Shown one piece after another: positions 1 through 12,141 of a DNA stretch of 64,000 bases; position 1 is the first letter of the stretch; the number at the start of each line of letters is the position of its first letter. Origin of the DNA: Obrimoposthia wandeli (taxonomy: Eukaryota); the NCBI GenBank assembly GCA_977020255.1, contig CDROCS010003797.1, positions 248,001 to 312,000 of the forward strand, in the 5' to 3' direction. Position numbers and translations under genes: made by a program. The notes under the pieces were generated by a model. It was not told where the DNA came from. It did not search any database and saw nothing but the letters and a program-made list of their open reading frames with translations.

Positions 1-3000
1 ACGTTAACGTTAATCGGTTGGCGGGTTGTTCCCACTGACATCAGCACCTTAGGTGAAATAGCAAAAGGTAATTTGCCCGGTATAGAACAAGTTTTTGTTA
101 ATGCTCCTCCGGGCTGGCGTAACCGAGATCTAGAACGTCGACTATATATGGCACGAAGACGTGCAGAAAAACGCATCAGTGATGAGTGTTTTTATGTCGC
201 AAGCTTATCGTGTTTAGTCACTATCTATAAAGGTTTAATGATGCCGGTAGATTTACCGAATTTTTATTTAGACCTAGCAGATATCCGTATGCAAACGGCT
301 ATTTGTGTATTCCATCAACGTTTTTCAACGAATACCTCTCCTCAGTGGCATTTGGCGCAACCTTTCCGTTATTTAGCTCACAACGGTGAAATCAATACAA
401 TTAAAGGCAATAGACAATGGTGTCGTGCTCGTACCAACGGCTTTCGCTCGCCATTACTACCCGATTTAAAAGATGCCGCCCCTTTTGTTAATGAAAGCGG
501 CTCAGACTCTTCATCACTCGATAACATGTTAGAGCTTTTTCTTGCCGGTGGTATGGATCTTTATCGTGGAATGCGTCTATTAATGCCACCTGCATGGCAA
601 AATAGCCCTTTGATGGACGATGACTTAAAAGCTTTTTACGAATTTAACTCTATGCATATGGAGCCTTGGGATGGACCAGCCGGTGTTGTAGTCACTAATG
701 GTCGCCATGTTGCCTGTAACTTAGATCGTAATGGTTTACGCCCTGCTCGCTATGTTATTACTCGCGATGGCTTTATTACTTTAGCCTCAGAAGTCGGTAT
801 TTGGGACTATGGCGAAGATGAGGTGATCGAAAAAGGTCGTGTCGGTCCTGGTGAAATGCTAGCAATTGATACCTATACCGGTAAAATTTTTAACTCTAAT
901 GCTATCGATGATGAGTTAAAGGTTCGTCACCCTTACCGTGAATGGCTAGACAATAATATTCGTCGTTTAGTGCCTTTTGATAAGTTGGATGCTAGCTTAA
1001 TCGGTCAACGAGTTTTTAGTGACCAAGAAATTGCTCAATACCATAAAATGTTTAACTACAGCTATGAAGAAATTCATCAAGTAGTAAAAACATTAGCAGA
1101 AAATGGCCAAGAAGCAACGGGTTCTATGGGTGATGATACCCCGATGGCCGTGTTATCGAGTCAACCTCGTTCGCTTTATGATTACTTTCGTCAGCAGTTT
1201 GCTCAAGTAACAAACCCACCGATAGATCCACTGCGTGAGCGTTATGTTATGTCACTTGGTACCTGTATCGGTCGTGAACATAATGTTTTCAACGAAACAA
1301 CGGGCCATGCAAATCGCATTCTATTTGGCACTCCAGTACTAATGTACACAGGATTAAAACAATTACGTGAATTAGATCCTGAGCATTATCGTTCAGATAC
1401 CTTAACCTTGAATTATGATCAGGAAGAAGGGCTAGAAACCGCAATTTTACGCTTATGCGATGAAGCTGAAACGCTAGTCAGAGATAAAAACACCGTTATT
1501 CTGGTTTTGTCAGATCGCCAAATACATCAAGGCATGCTGCCTATTCCTGCTGCGATGGCGGTGGGAGCCGTACAAAAACGTTTAGTTGACCAACAACTAC
1601 GTTGCGACTCTAACATTATTGTTGAAACAGCTTCTGTACGAGATTCTCATCAATTTGCGGTACTGCTTGGTCTTGGTGCTACCGCTATTTATCCATTCTT
1701 AGCTTATGAAACGATTGAACAATTAGTTGAGCAAAAGCAAATTGATCTTACTGCTCGTCAAGCGGTAGTAAATTACCGTGAAGGTATTAATAAAGGTTTA
1801 TTAAAGATTTTATCTAAAATGGGCATCTCAACGATTGCGAGTTACCGTTGTGCTGGCCTGTTTGAAGTTATTGGTCTTAATAGCAATATCATGAAAATTT
1901 GTTTTCCTGATTTGCCTAGCCGTATTCAAGGTGCAGATTTTTCAGACATTGAACAAGACAGCATTAACCTTGCCCGTAAAGCCTTTATGCCACATCAAAA
2001 AATGAGTCACGGTGGCCTGTTAAAATATGTACACGGCGGTGAATACCATGCCTATAACCCTGATGTGGTGAGCACATTACAAACCGCAGTTCGTAGTGGT
2101 GACTATAGTGATTACAGAATATTTGCCGATCATGTTAACAACCGACCCGCTGCTGCCCTGCGTGATTTATTAGCTTTTAAAGAAGATCAAGAAGCTATCG
2201 ATATCTCAACTGTCGAACCGGAATCCGAGCTATTTAAACGTTTTGATAGTGCAGCAATGTCTATTGGCGCTTTAAGTCCAGAAGCGCATGAAGCGCTAGC
2301 TATCGCGATGAATCGCTTAGGTGGTTTTTCAAATTCGGGCGAAGGTGGCGAAGACGAACGTCGTTTTGGAACGGTAAAAAATTCACGTATCAAACAAATT
2401 GCCTCTGGACGTTTTGGTGTTACCCCTTACTACTTAGTTAATGCTGACGTTCTGCAAATTAAAGTCGCTCAAGGAGCCAAACCTGGTGAAGGTGGCCAAT
2501 TACCAGGTGATAAAGTTACCCCTTTAATTGCGAAACTACGTTTTTCGGTCCCTGGTGTCACGTTAATTTCACCACCACCACATCATGATATTTATTCAAT
2601 TGAAGATTTGGCTCAGTTGATATTCGATTTAAAACAAGTTAATCCAAAAGCCATTATTTCGGTGAAATTAGTTTCTGGTCCTGGTGTTGGCACTATCGCT
2701 TCAGGTGTTGCAAAAGCTTACGCTGACTTCATTACAATCTCTGGTTATGACGGCGGCACAGGTGCAAGCCCGTTAACCTCAGTTAAATATGCCGGCTGTC
2801 CGTGGGAGCTAGGTTTAGCAGAAGCCCATCAATCATTAGTGACCAATGGCTTACGTCATAAAGTACGTTTACAAGTTGATGGTGGTTTAAAAACCGGTAT
2901 TGATATTGTTAAAGCCGCTATTTTAGGGGCAGAAAGCTTTGGTTTTGGTACGGCGCCTATGGTCACGCTTGGCTGTAAATTTTTACGTATTTGCCATTTA

Positions 3001-3804
3001 AACAACTGTGCTACAGGTGTGGCAACTCAAGACGAAGTATTACGTGAGCAATTTTTTAAAGGCTTACCTGATCAAGTGATGAGCTACTTTAAGTTTATCG
3101 CTCAAGACGTGCGAGAAATTCTAGCGCGTTTAGGTGTTGAAAGCTTAACCGCAATTATTGGCCGTACCGATTTACTCGTGCCGCTAGCGGGCATTACGGC
3201 AAAACAGCAAAAGTTAGATTTACGTCCTATTATTGCGCCGGTTATTGCTGGTGAAAATACTGCACTGCATCAAACGGATACTAATGAACCTTTTGATAAA
3301 GGTGAATTAAACCAGCGTTTACTGGCATTGGCAGCTAATGATATTGCGCATAGTTCAGGCGGTGAATATCGCGTGAATATTCAAAATACTGACCGCTCTG
3401 TTGGCGCTTCGTTATCAGGTGAAATAGCACGTCATCATGGCGATCAAGGTATGGCTGCAAATCCGATTAAAATCGACTTTTGTGGTACTGCTGGTCAAAG
3501 TTTTGGGGTTTGGAATGCTGGTGGTTTAGAACTGACATTAACGGGTGACGCTAATGATTACGTTGGTAAAGGTATGGCCGGTGGTAAATTAACGATTAAA
3601 CCACCCAAAGGCGTGGAATATTTAAGTCACGAAACAATGATTATGGGTAACACTTGTTTGTATGGTGCGACTGGCGGTAAATTATACGGTTGTGGTCGTG
3701 CAGGTGAGCGTTTTGCCGTAAGAAACTCTGGTTGTCATGCGGTTATTGAAGGTACTCGGCGAATTGCTTGTGAATGGGCGACGGTGGTATTGTCACTATT
3801 TTAG
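1..3804 (+). CDS. gltB: Glutamate synthase large subunit, main part (5' end outside window; frameshift near 3757-3790)
   Basis: Frame 1 is open from base 1. GltB motifs [34 protein letters not shown] and Fe-S cluster CHLNNCATG are present. Confidence 0.95.
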   Translation, partial: TLTLIGWRVVPTDISTLGEIAKGNLPGIEQVFVNAPPGWRNRDLERRLYMARRRAEKRISDECFYVASLSCLVTIYKGLMMPVDLPNFYLDLADIRMQTAICVFHQRFSTNTSPQWHLAQPFRYLAHNGEINTIKGNRQWCRARTNGFRSPLLPDLKDAAPFVNESGSDSSSLDNMLELFLAGGMDLYRGMRLLMPPAWQNSPLMDDDLKAFYEFNSMHMEPWDGPAGVVVTNGRHVACNLDRNGLRPARYVITRDGFITLASEVGIWDYGEDEVIEKGRVGPGEMLAIDTYTGKIFNSNAIDDELKVRHPYREWLDNNIRRLVPFDKLDASLIGQRVFSDQEIAQYHKMFNYSYEEIHQVVKTLAENGQEATGSMGDDTPMAVLSSQPRSLYDYFRQQFAQVTNPPIDPLRERYVMSLGTCIGREHNVFNETTGHANRILFGTPVLMYTGLKQLRELDPEHYRSDTLTLNYDQEEGLETAILRLCDEAETLVRDKNTVILVLSDRQIHQGMLPIPAAMAVGAVQKRLVDQQLRCDSNIIVETASVRDSHQFAVLLGLGATAIYPFLAYETIEQLVEQKQIDLTARQAVVNYREGINKGLLKILSKMGISTIASYRCAGLFEVIGLNSNIMKICFPDLPSRIQGADFSDIEQDSINLARKAFMPHQKMSHGGLLKYVHGGEYHAYNPDVVSTLQTAVRSGDYSDYRIFADHVNNRPAAALRDLLAFKEDQEAIDISTVEPESELFKRFDSAAMSIGALSPEAHEALAIAMNRLGGFSNSGEGGEDERRFGTVKNSRIKQIASGRFGVTPYYLVNADVLQIKVAQGAKPGEGGQLPGDKVTPLIAKLRFSVPGVTLISPPPHHDIYSIEDLAQLIFDLKQVNPKAIISVKLVSGPGVGTIASGVAKAYADFITISGYDGGTGASPLTSVKYAGCPWELGLAEAHQSLVTNGLRHKVRLQVDGGLKTGIDIVKAAILGAESFGFGTAPMVTLGCKFLRICHLNNCATGVATQDEVLREQFFKGLPDQVMSYFKFIAQDVREILARLGVESLTAIIGRTDLLVPLAGITAKQQKLDLRPIIAPVIAGENTALHQTDTNEPFDKGELNQRLLALAANDIAHSSGGEYRVNIQNTDRSVGASLSGEIARHHGDQGMAANPIKIDFCGTAGQSFGVWNAGGLELTLTGDANDYVGKGMAGGKLTIKPPKGVEYLSHETMIMGNTCLYGATGGKLYGCGRAGERFAVRNSGCHAVIEGTRRIACEWATVVLSLF

Positions 3805-4130
3805 GTCACGTTGGTGTTAATTTTGGTGCTGGTATGACAGGTGGTTTCGCTTATGTTTATGATGAGCATGACGATCTAGCAATACGTTTAAATAATGAAT
3901 CCATTGAAATGCTAGCCATCGATGAACTTAATATTCATCAAGAACATTTACGTGGCATTATCAATCAGCATTTAGATGAAACGGGGAGTTTAAGAGCTGA
4001 AGAAATTTTAACAAATTTTTCTACTTATGCACCACGCTTTAAATTAGTAAAACCCAAAGCCGTTGATGTTAAAACCTTATTAGGACATCGCAGCCGTTCA
4101 TCCGCAGAACTACGTGTTCAAGCGCAATAA
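3774..4130 (+). CDS. gltB: Glutamate synthase large subunit C-terminal fragment, out of frame with the upstream part
   Basis: [25 protein letters not shown] is the continuation of the GltB GXGXG domain. Confidence 0.9.
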   Translation: MGDGGIVTILGHVGVNFGAGMTGGFAYVYDEHDDLAIRLNNESIEMLAIDELNIHQEHLRGIINQHLDETGSLRAEEILTNFSTYAPRFKLVKPKAVDVKTLLGHRSRSSAELRVQAQ

Positions 4131-5414
<1,284 letters not shown>

Positions 5415-5494
5415 ATAGCCAAGAGGCTAATAGCGCTGAAAAATAATAAGTAAATGTCGATACAAAATTGACCATATTGATGATCTACAATACT

Positions 5495-5728
5495 TAACCT
5501 GAACTCTGGATAATGAGTGCTTGATACTCAAGTGAATCAAAAGCTTAGGTGGCAAAGTAAATGTTATAGCAAGGTGAACACCACTAATAGACACCATCAA
5601 TGCTTCATTTTATGCCATTTCCAATGGCAAAACGTTGATGAATAGCGCGCTATTTATCGACGTTTTAACGCAGATAATGGCTTAAAAGGGAGGATTGAGC
5701 AAGCGCTGCTTATCCAGTGTTCAGGTTA
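5495..5728. mobile_element. MITE-like element, family A
   Basis: Terminal inverted repeats ACCTGAACTCTGGATAA / TTATCCAGTGTTCAGGT (16/17 match), flanked by TA on both sides, no ORF. Confidence 0.75.
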
Positions 5729-5735
5729 TTAATAA

Positions 5736-5776
5736 ATAAGCCCGATTGGTAGTGTACCCGTCGGGCTTATTTTTTT
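5736..5776 (+). terminator. Rho-independent terminator of gltBD
   Basis: ATAAGCCCGA...TCGGGCTTAT stem followed by a T-tract. Confidence 0.75.
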
Positions 5777-5894
5777 AACGGCTTACCATAAGAGTACTGA
5801 TTAAAAATAATATAGTGTCGTACTAAACTTACTATAATAACGAAATTAGCAATCATTTAGACTCAAAAGCCCCTGTTTCAACGAAGGTCTTATG

Positions 5895-8096
5895 TTAAAT
5901 ATTTAGCTCTGTCACATGGTTAACCGACAGTTGATTTCGCCCCTGATCTTTTGCACGATATAACTGCTCATCGGCCAACCTGATCCAATCATCGATGTTT
6001 TCTGAAAATTTAGCATCCGCGCTCACAACACCAATAGATATAGAAATTCTCACCTGCTGATCATCTACGGCAGAGCAACAATGCTCTGCTATTTCTTCTC
6101 GTAATTCTTCAAGTTTTTGCACAACACCATTTTGAGCATCAAACTGCGCAACAATAATAAACTCTTCACCACCAAAACGGGCAACAATATCGCTACGGCG
6201 ATCAAACTTACCTTTCATTAAGTCACTAACGTAGGTTAGGCAGTTATCGCCGATCAAATGGCCAAATTCATCATTAAGCTTTTTAAAGTGATCTAGATCC
6301 AACATGGCAACCATCATACTTGCATCATTTCGTGACAATATCGCTTGTAATTCACTGAATTTTGTTTCGAGGTATCGGCGATTATACAAGCCTGTCAAAC
6401 TGTCCTTATTCGCTAGCTCTTTCAATGTTTTATTGGCTTTATTCAATTCTTTTGTGCGTTTTTCGACTTTTTCTTCCAAAATAAACTGTTCTTTTAACAG
6501 CTTATCTTTAGATTGCAGCAATTCATCATAGAGTGTTAAAAATTCAGTTGGGGCGTCATAAGGCACTGCTTTATAACCTTTTTTACCATCACCGTGCGCC
6601 AGTTCATTTAGCACAAATGCTAACGGTCGATTCAAGGCATAAGAAAATTGATTTGCTAATACAATAACAAAAATAAAGATGAGTGCTAATGACATAAAAA
6701 TAGTCAAATATTGTCGTTCAATTAATTGTAAAATTTGCATATGTTCAATTAAAACATAAACTTTCCAACCATTGCTCAACTCAGTTTTACGGTACAAATA
6801 ACGGTTTTTATTAGAGCCATAAGTCTCAATCGTCATCAACGTATGTTTCAACCTTTCTTGCTCAAAAGAAAAGTTAAATTTAGACATTGTTTTTAGGCCT
6901 AGTGCTTGCCCAGCATAAATAACGTTATCATTTTTATCAGTTAACACTAAATCTATCTGTCGATTACCCAATGTATGACGGTTAACTTGTTCAAATAAAT
7001 TAAGATTTAAAGATCCTTCTACTATACCTACGGGTTGAGAGTTATTACCAGTATAGATAGGAGCGCTAATCGCAATAATAGGATCACTGCCGAAGCCTCG
7101 CCCAAGAAAAACGGGTGAAATATAAGATGATTGATTAAAAAATGCTTGGGTAAAATAAGGCCGATCAGCAACTGTAAAGCTACTACTAGGTAATGTTTCC
7201 ATTAAAGTACGGGGTGAAGACGTTACAATGTGGGCATCTTCATTTGCAATTAGCATGGTCAGAAAACCAGGATAGATTTCGTGAGTTTTTGCCAATGCAT
7301 TATCATAACCAGTCGGCCCAATAACAGACAGTTCATTGGCCACTTGGTCAATAGCCTTTCTGTGGTCATCAACGTGATTTTCAATAATACGACTTAAATA
7401 TTGACTGCCAATATCAAGCTTGTCTTCAAATTGTTGACCTTGCGCATCACTTAAACTACGGCTTAAAATTAAGCAAACACTGACGACAAAAAATGCTGAC
7501 ATCACCCACAAAATGTAGTGTAAATACTGTTTAAGATTTTTAACTAAGGGGGGTTGTTGCGATTTTATGCACCGGTTGAGTTTATCACCAAAGACAAAAA
7601 TTAAGATAACCGCTAAGGCCGTATAAAAAATAGCGTTAATACTTTGTTTAAATAAAGAGAATAACAAGTATTCTTGCGAACCAGACATATTTGACCAGAG
7701 GATTATGGCCGTTAGAGGCATACCAATAACTAGCCAATACAAAAAATCTGCCGTCGGTAAATACCAGCCTCGCCCTCGCATATAGGAGACAAAAAGGGCT
7801 TCCAAACCAAAGGTAATAAAGGCGAATGGGTGCCCCCAAACGATAAGTAAAGGGGTAACACAAATAAAAGCAGATAGCAGGGTTAATGCCGGACGTAGAT
7901 AGGCTGCTGCGATAATGAAAGTAAGATTACCAATAACGAGAGAGATACTATAAGCAAGTTCAATAGGTATGCTATTAAGTAAGGCACCTAGCAAACCTAA
8001 AATTAAGGCAAATAATATGGTACGACCCTGACTAGGCTTTGACTCTGCTGTATTATTATTGAGCTTTACAGCGACTTCTATCGGCGATTTCGCCAT
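5895..8096 (-). CDS. Membrane diguanylate cyclase (N-terminal multi-TM region, Cache-like periplasmic sensor, GGDEF domain)
   Basis: DSLTGLYNRR, LDLDHFKKLNDEFGH and ARFGGEEF, preceded by an RxxD I-site (RRSD). DRPYF and IAISAPI are Cache-like motifs. Confidence 0.88.
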   Translation of the reverse strand: MAKSPIEVAVKLNNNTAESKPSQGRTILFALILGLLGALLNSIPIELAYSISLVIGNLTFIIAAAYLRPALTLLSAFICVTPLLIVWGHPFAFITFGLEALFVSYMRGRGWYLPTADFLYWLVIGMPLTAIILWSNMSGSQEYLLFSLFKQSINAIFYTALAVILIFVFGDKLNRCIKSQQPPLVKNLKQYLHYILWVMSAFFVVSVCLILSRSLSDAQGQQFEDKLDIGSQYLSRIIENHVDDHRKAIDQVANELSVIGPTGYDNALAKTHEIYPGFLTMLIANEDAHIVTSSPRTLMETLPSSSFTVADRPYFTQAFFNQSSYISPVFLGRGFGSDPIIAISAPIYTGNNSQPVGIVEGSLNLNLFEQVNRHTLGNRQIDLVLTDKNDNVIYAGQALGLKTMSKFNFSFEQERLKHTLMTIETYGSNKNRYLYRKTELSNGWKVYVLIEHMQILQLIERQYLTIFMSLALIFIFVIVLANQFSYALNRPLAFVLNELAHGDGKKGYKAVPYDAPTEFLTLYDELLQSKDKLLKEQFILEEKVEKRTKELNKANKTLKELANKDSLTGLYNRRYLETKFSELQAILSRNDASMMVAMLDLDHFKKLNDEFGHLIGDNCLTYVSDLMKGKFDRRSDIVARFGGEEFIIVAQFDAQNGVVQKLEELREEIAEHCCSAVDDQQVRISISIGVVSADAKFSENIDDWIRLADEQLYRAKDQGRNQLSVNHVTELNI

Positions 8097-8291
8097 ATGT
8101 TATGTACCACTTCAATCGTTATTAATTTAATCTTTATAAAATTATATCGTTATAATATTGATAAATTTAACGCGCCAACTATTGAGCAAACCCGTTGATA
8201 GTTAAGTTTATCAGTAACACACAATAAAGTCCTTTTGATCGAACATTCAATACACAATGTCCACCATAAAATAAACCAACGTTTATCTTAT

Positions 8292-8333
8292 TATACCCAA
8301 GTCACTTGAAGATGCAGGATTGGTTTGGGTGTA
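8292..8333. mobile_element. Collapsed 42-bp mini copy of MITE family B
   Basis: TATACCCAAGTCACTTGAAGATGCAGGAT joined directly to TGGTTTGGGTGTA, i.e. the two ends of the 8449-8714 element. Confidence 0.65.
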
Positions 8334-8396
8334 GTTGTACAACACCAATATCTCAAAATAGTTATTCAAATCATCGTCTAATATCCATAGTGCATG

Positions 8397-8432
8397 AAAA
8401 ACAAAAGCCCTGTCAATAAAATTGCAGGGCTT
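8397..8432 (-). terminator. Probable terminator of the fabY-like gene
   Basis: AAGCCCTG...CAGGGCTT stem with a T-rich tail on the minus strand. Confidence 0.6.
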
Positions 8433-8448
8433 AAGCAGTACAGGTATA

Positions 8449-8714
8449 TATACCCAAACCACTTGAATATGCAGTTTCAGAGCTAAGCTAGGAAATCAGG
8501 TCAAGGCGCAGCACGAAGACAATGGTTATTCCCTTATCAAGTGCTGCAACGCGGAGATGGTTTTCTAGCTTAGCTCCCTTCGGGCAAGGCGATAAAGGGT
8601 CATCTCCGGCGTTATTGATTTCGACAATGGAACAACCATTTTCTTCAATCAATGCCTTGGTGTTAACCCTTTCTCGACTTGCTGAATCCTGCATCTTCAA
8701 GTGGCTTGGGTATA
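8449..8714. mobile_element. MITE-like element, family B, full copy
   Basis: Terminal inverted repeats TATACCCAAACCACTTGAATATGCAG / CTGCATCTTCAAGTGGCTTGGGTATA. A homologous copy lies at 44849-45113. Confidence 0.85.
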
Positions 8715-8724
8715 TTATTCAGAT

Positions 8725-10623
8725 TTACATCATATCAGCGAACGGATTCTTTGTTGGTAACACTATTTTATTAGCAAATCCTGTCACACTAATATCAGCG
8801 TCCGTTAGGGTAACGTCGTCATCCGTTAATGTACCATCACCAAAACGGTAAATAACTTGAAACTCGCCGTGATCGGCTAGTGTTTGATATTTCACTCTTG
8901 CTTGCTGAACAAGTTCGCTCTTATCACGATAACTTGCCATCACATCGCTACCATGACGTTTTTCCATCATCGCTAATGTTACCGCAGGAGAAAGCAAAGT
9001 CGCTGTTGCATTATTGCCACCAAAACCTTTTGAGTTAATAAAAGCAACGTCCATGCTTTGACAGTCCCAGTGCTCTGTCGCAATATTTAAGCGTTCGTTA
9101 TAAACATCATCTGCCACTTTATCAATAGTGGTAATGCCCGGCATAATATTATGCGCGAAAATACCCAGTGCCATTGCCACCTGATCGCCACTTGCTGGAC
9201 CAATAGTGTGACCAACAAATGCTTTAGGCGCTGCGACTGGCCAATCATTAATATCAAAACTTTTCGCCACTCGATCATAAATTAACGATTCAGTGACCCG
9301 GTTTTGCGGTGTACTTGAACCATGCGCCAATATAAAACTACGCTGTTGAATCGACTCAGCGCCAACAATAGATTGTGCCAATGAAACAGATTTAGCCATA
9401 GTAATGTAATTACCTGGACCAGGCGCGGTAATTGACTTTTTAATGCCATCAGCATTGGTAAATACGTCAGCAACTGAACCCAGAACGTTAGCGCCAAGCT
9501 CCATAGCCAAAGTATCATCAACCAAAATAATAAACTGCGCCGCTTCACCAATGGTAAAACCACAGTTATCACCGAACGGACGACTCGTACGGCGGTGATC
9601 AGCTATGCCATTACCATCAATTTTCTTCAAGCCTTCTTCATTAGCAAGCGCGCTCATATTACCAAAGCCTTCAACTACTTCAGGAGTGATAGCACAATCA
9701 TTACTACCTACAATGGCTAAACGAATTCGACCTGCTTGCATATCTTGTACTGCTGCTTTTAAATTATATAAAAACGTTGCACAAGCCCCCGTAGAAGTAA
9801 ACGTTGTGCCGACATTGCCAGTCACATACGCATTAATAAAATCCGTTGACATAGTATTTAAGCCAAGCGCTAAATTTTTAGTAGAAACACGTTCGCCTTT
9901 TAGGCGATTTTGCATCATGCCACCAACACCTTCAGCTTGTGTTTGACCGAAAACAGACGCTGAATAAGTGCCTATTTCGTCTGGGCTCACTTTGTCCGCA
10001 ATTTCGTTCCAGCTGTAACCTGTAGAATGGATAGCATCAGCTGCACCAAATACCGTCGCTTGCAAACCGCGCGGCTGATAACGGCTGTTATACAAACTTG
10101 CGGGTTTAAAGCCGGTAGGGAATTGTCCAGCAGCTTTAATTGGGTTATCGCGAGTTGAGTCATGTTTCACTTCAATCTCGCCAGCAATATCAACACGAAC
10201 ACGTTTTTCGGCTAACTCGGTAATTTTCCATGTCCGTGGCAATGGACTCGGCAAATCACGGGCACGTGTTTCAAAGCTAATACCTTTGTCGCCAGTGTCC
10301 ATGGTTAATTTTTGCTGCCAAGGTGTTGCGTCTGGATCAAAGTGCTCATGCTCAATTTTACGAATCAAGGTACCCGCTAAAATTTCTTTCGCAAAGCGTT
10401 GTTCTACATCTGATTTTTCAACCGCATTACCTTCACTATCAACCAGTTTGCCATCTTCGCTAGTTAATAAATTCATTAACGTGGCTAAGCCAACAAAAGT
10501 CTCCTGACGGGCTTCAGCATTTAATTTGTCGATAACAATGCGGCGAAAGCCTTGGTGAAATGATGTTCTACCAGCAGCGTTAATGCCACCCATGCCAATT
10601 ATAATCGGTAATGCAGTCATGAA
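8725..10623 (-). CDS. fabY: FabY-type beta-ketoacyl synthase (KAS I/II-domain initiation enzyme)
   Basis: N-terminus MTALPIIIGMGGINAAGRTSFHQGFRR resembles Pseudomonas FabY. Catalytic Cys (TGACATF), His (AHGSSTPQN), His (VGHTIG) and NSKGFGGNNA. Start taken at the ATG at 10623. Confidence 0.8.
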   Translation of the reverse strand, partial: FMTALPIIIGMGGINAAGRTSFHQGFRRIVIDKLNAEARQETFVGLATLMNLLTSEDGKLVDSEGNAVEKSDVEQRFAKEILAGTLIRKIEHEHFDPDATPWQQKLTMDTGDKGISFETRARDLPSPLPRTWKITELAEKRVRVDIAGEIEVKHDSTRDNPIKAAGQFPTGFKPASLYNSRYQPRGLQATVFGAADAIHSTGYSWNEIADKVSPDEIGTYSASVFGQTQAEGVGGMMQNRLKGERVSTKNLALGLNTMSTDFINAYVTGNVGTTFTSTGACATFLYNLKAAVQDMQAGRIRLAIVGSNDCAITPEVVEGFGNMSALANEEGLKKIDGNGIADHRRTSRPFGDNCGFTIGEAAQFIILVDDTLAMELGANVLGSVADVFTNADGIKKSITAPGPGNYITMAKSVSLAQSIVGAESIQQRSFILAHGSSTPQNRVTESLIYDRVAKSFDINDWPVAAPKAFVGHTIGPASGDQVAMALGIFAHNIMPGITTIDKVADDVYNERLNIATEHWDCQSMDVAFINSKGFGGNNATATLLSPAVTLAMMEKRHGSDVMASYRDKSELVQQARVKYQTLADHGEFQVIYRFGDGTLTDDDVTLTDADISVTGFANKIVLPTKNPFADMM

Positions 10624-10697
10624 AAATCTCTTTAAATTCAAACCAAATATTTATGCTGCTCAGTGTAAAAGTAACTACAAATAAATAATGTTCATAT

Positions 10698-10725
10698 ATA
10701 GCCATAAAACATGTCAAAATAGCCA
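10698..10725. promoter_or_regulatory. Candidate AraC-family operator, ATAGCCA direct repeat at 21-bp spacing
   Basis: ATAGCCA at 10698 and 10719 in the divergent fabY/regulator intergenic region. Confidence 0.45.
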
Positions 10726-10755
10726 AATAAAAATAAAAGGATAAAATTAAGCCTG

Positions 10756-11775
10756 ATGAAAGCTACATTAAAGCGCAAAAAAGACACCACGATTAACATT
10801 GCTTTACTCCTTTACGATCATATGTTGGCCACTAGTGTTAGTTTACCAGTTGAAATGTTACGTGCCGGTGAAGCGGTAGCCTTGCAAGAAAACCGTCATG
10901 CACCTCGTTTAGCTATTCAAATGGTGGCTGAGACTATCAAGCCAATCTCCACTCGTGCCTTAATAAAGCTGCTGCCTGACACTGATATTGCCCATGCCCA
11001 GCGTCCTGACTTTGCTTTTATTCCAAGTTTATGGCGCAACCCTAGGCCAACCATAGCCAAACAACCCAAAATGTTACAATGGTTAAGTGATATTTGGAGC
11101 CAAGGCTCGACCTTAATTGGTGGTGGTACCGGTGTATGTTTAATGGCGGAAACAGGTATTTTAGATAATCATCCTGCCACCACGCATTGGCACTATGTGG
11201 AACAATTTAAACGTGACTACCCTAAAGTAGATTTGAAACCCGACTTCTTTATCACCCAATCAGAACGCACTTATTGTGCCGCTAGCTTAAATGCTTTAGC
11301 TGATATTGTTGTGCATATTATTTTTCAAATTTACGGACAAAATGCCGCTCAACAGGTTGAGCGAAATTTTTCACACGAAATTAGAAGGCCTTACGAAGAG
11401 CAACGTTATTTGGAAGGAGCCGTTGATCGCCATCCCGACGAATTAATCAGCCAAATTCAATTTTGGTTAAAAATTAATGTCAATTCGTCATTAACGCTAA
11501 ATGACATTGCGCAACAATTTGGCATTAGTCAGCGTTCATTTACCCGCAGGTTTAAACTTGCCACGGGTATTAATGCTACGCAATACTGGCAAAAATTAAA
11601 AATACAAACGGCAAAAGATTTACTCGCAGCCAGTAATTTGTCGATTCAAGAAGTGGCTTTTCAAGTGGGCTATCAAGACCAAGCGAACTTTACTCGGCTA
11701 TTTAAAAAAATGCTGAACTTAACACCAAAAGCTTACCGTGCCATGGTGCGAAAAAAGCTCTTTAGCAACAGCTAA
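10756..11775 (+). CDS. GlxA-family (DJ-1/PfpI + AraC HTH) transcriptional regulator
   Basis: HPATTHW in the N-terminal domain. C-terminal SQRSFTRRFK and VAFQVGYQDQANFTRLFKK double HTH. Confidence 0.9.
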   Translation: MKATLKRKKDTTINIALLLYDHMLATSVSLPVEMLRAGEAVALQENRHAPRLAIQMVAETIKPISTRALIKLLPDTDIAHAQRPDFAFIPSLWRNPRPTIAKQPKMLQWLSDIWSQGSTLIGGGTGVCLMAETGILDNHPATTHWHYVEQFKRDYPKVDLKPDFFITQSERTYCAASLNALADIVVHIIFQIYGQNAAQQVERNFSHEIRRPYEEQRYLEGAVDRHPDELISQIQFWLKINVNSSLTLNDIAQQFGISQRSFTRRFKLATGINATQYWQKLKIQTAKDLLAASNLSIQEVAFQVGYQDQANFTRLFKKMLNLTPKAYRAMVRKKLFSNS

Positions 11776-11829
11776 AAATTAAAGCTCCGCGGTTAAACAT
11801 GGGAAGGTGTGCTTAGTTTATTTAAAAAA

Positions 11830-12141
11830 TTACGCGCAAAATTCACTATGCAGAAAACTAATCAACTTCACGACTGAAGGATTTGCGATACTGTAAAATA
11901 TGGTTTGTGATTCACGGCGCGTTTTAACTAAATTGTCTTGACGAAGGCGGGCTAAATGCTGTGAGAGGCTAGATTGACTTAAATCGACAAAGTTATTCAG
12001 TTCATTAACCGACATTTCCTTTTCCCCTAAATGACACAAAATCAATAGTCGATGCTCGTTACTCATGGCTTTTAATAAGTCAGCAGCTTGCGAAGCATTC
12101 TCTCGCATTTCTTTGATATCAATGGTGGCTAACTCGGTCAT
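11830..12141 (-). CDS. ArsR/SmtB family repressor, BigR/SqrR/YgaV/HlyU-like with two Cys
   Basis: LKAMSNEHRLLILCHL...SQSSLSQHLARLR...RRESQTIFYSI...EFCA, with Cys36 and Cys102. Confidence 0.88.
   Translation of the reverse strand: MTELATIDIKEMRENASQAADLLKAMSNEHRLLILCHLGEKEMSVNELNNFVDLSQSSLSQHLARLRQDNLVKTRRESQTIFYSIANPSVVKLISFLHSEFCA

Noticed and set aside
8488-8851. ORFs 8488-8700 (-) and 8522-8851 (+), and the similar 44661-44948 (-)
   Set aside because: They are reading frames through MITE family B. The shared peptide similarity comes from the DNA repeat, not from a protein family.
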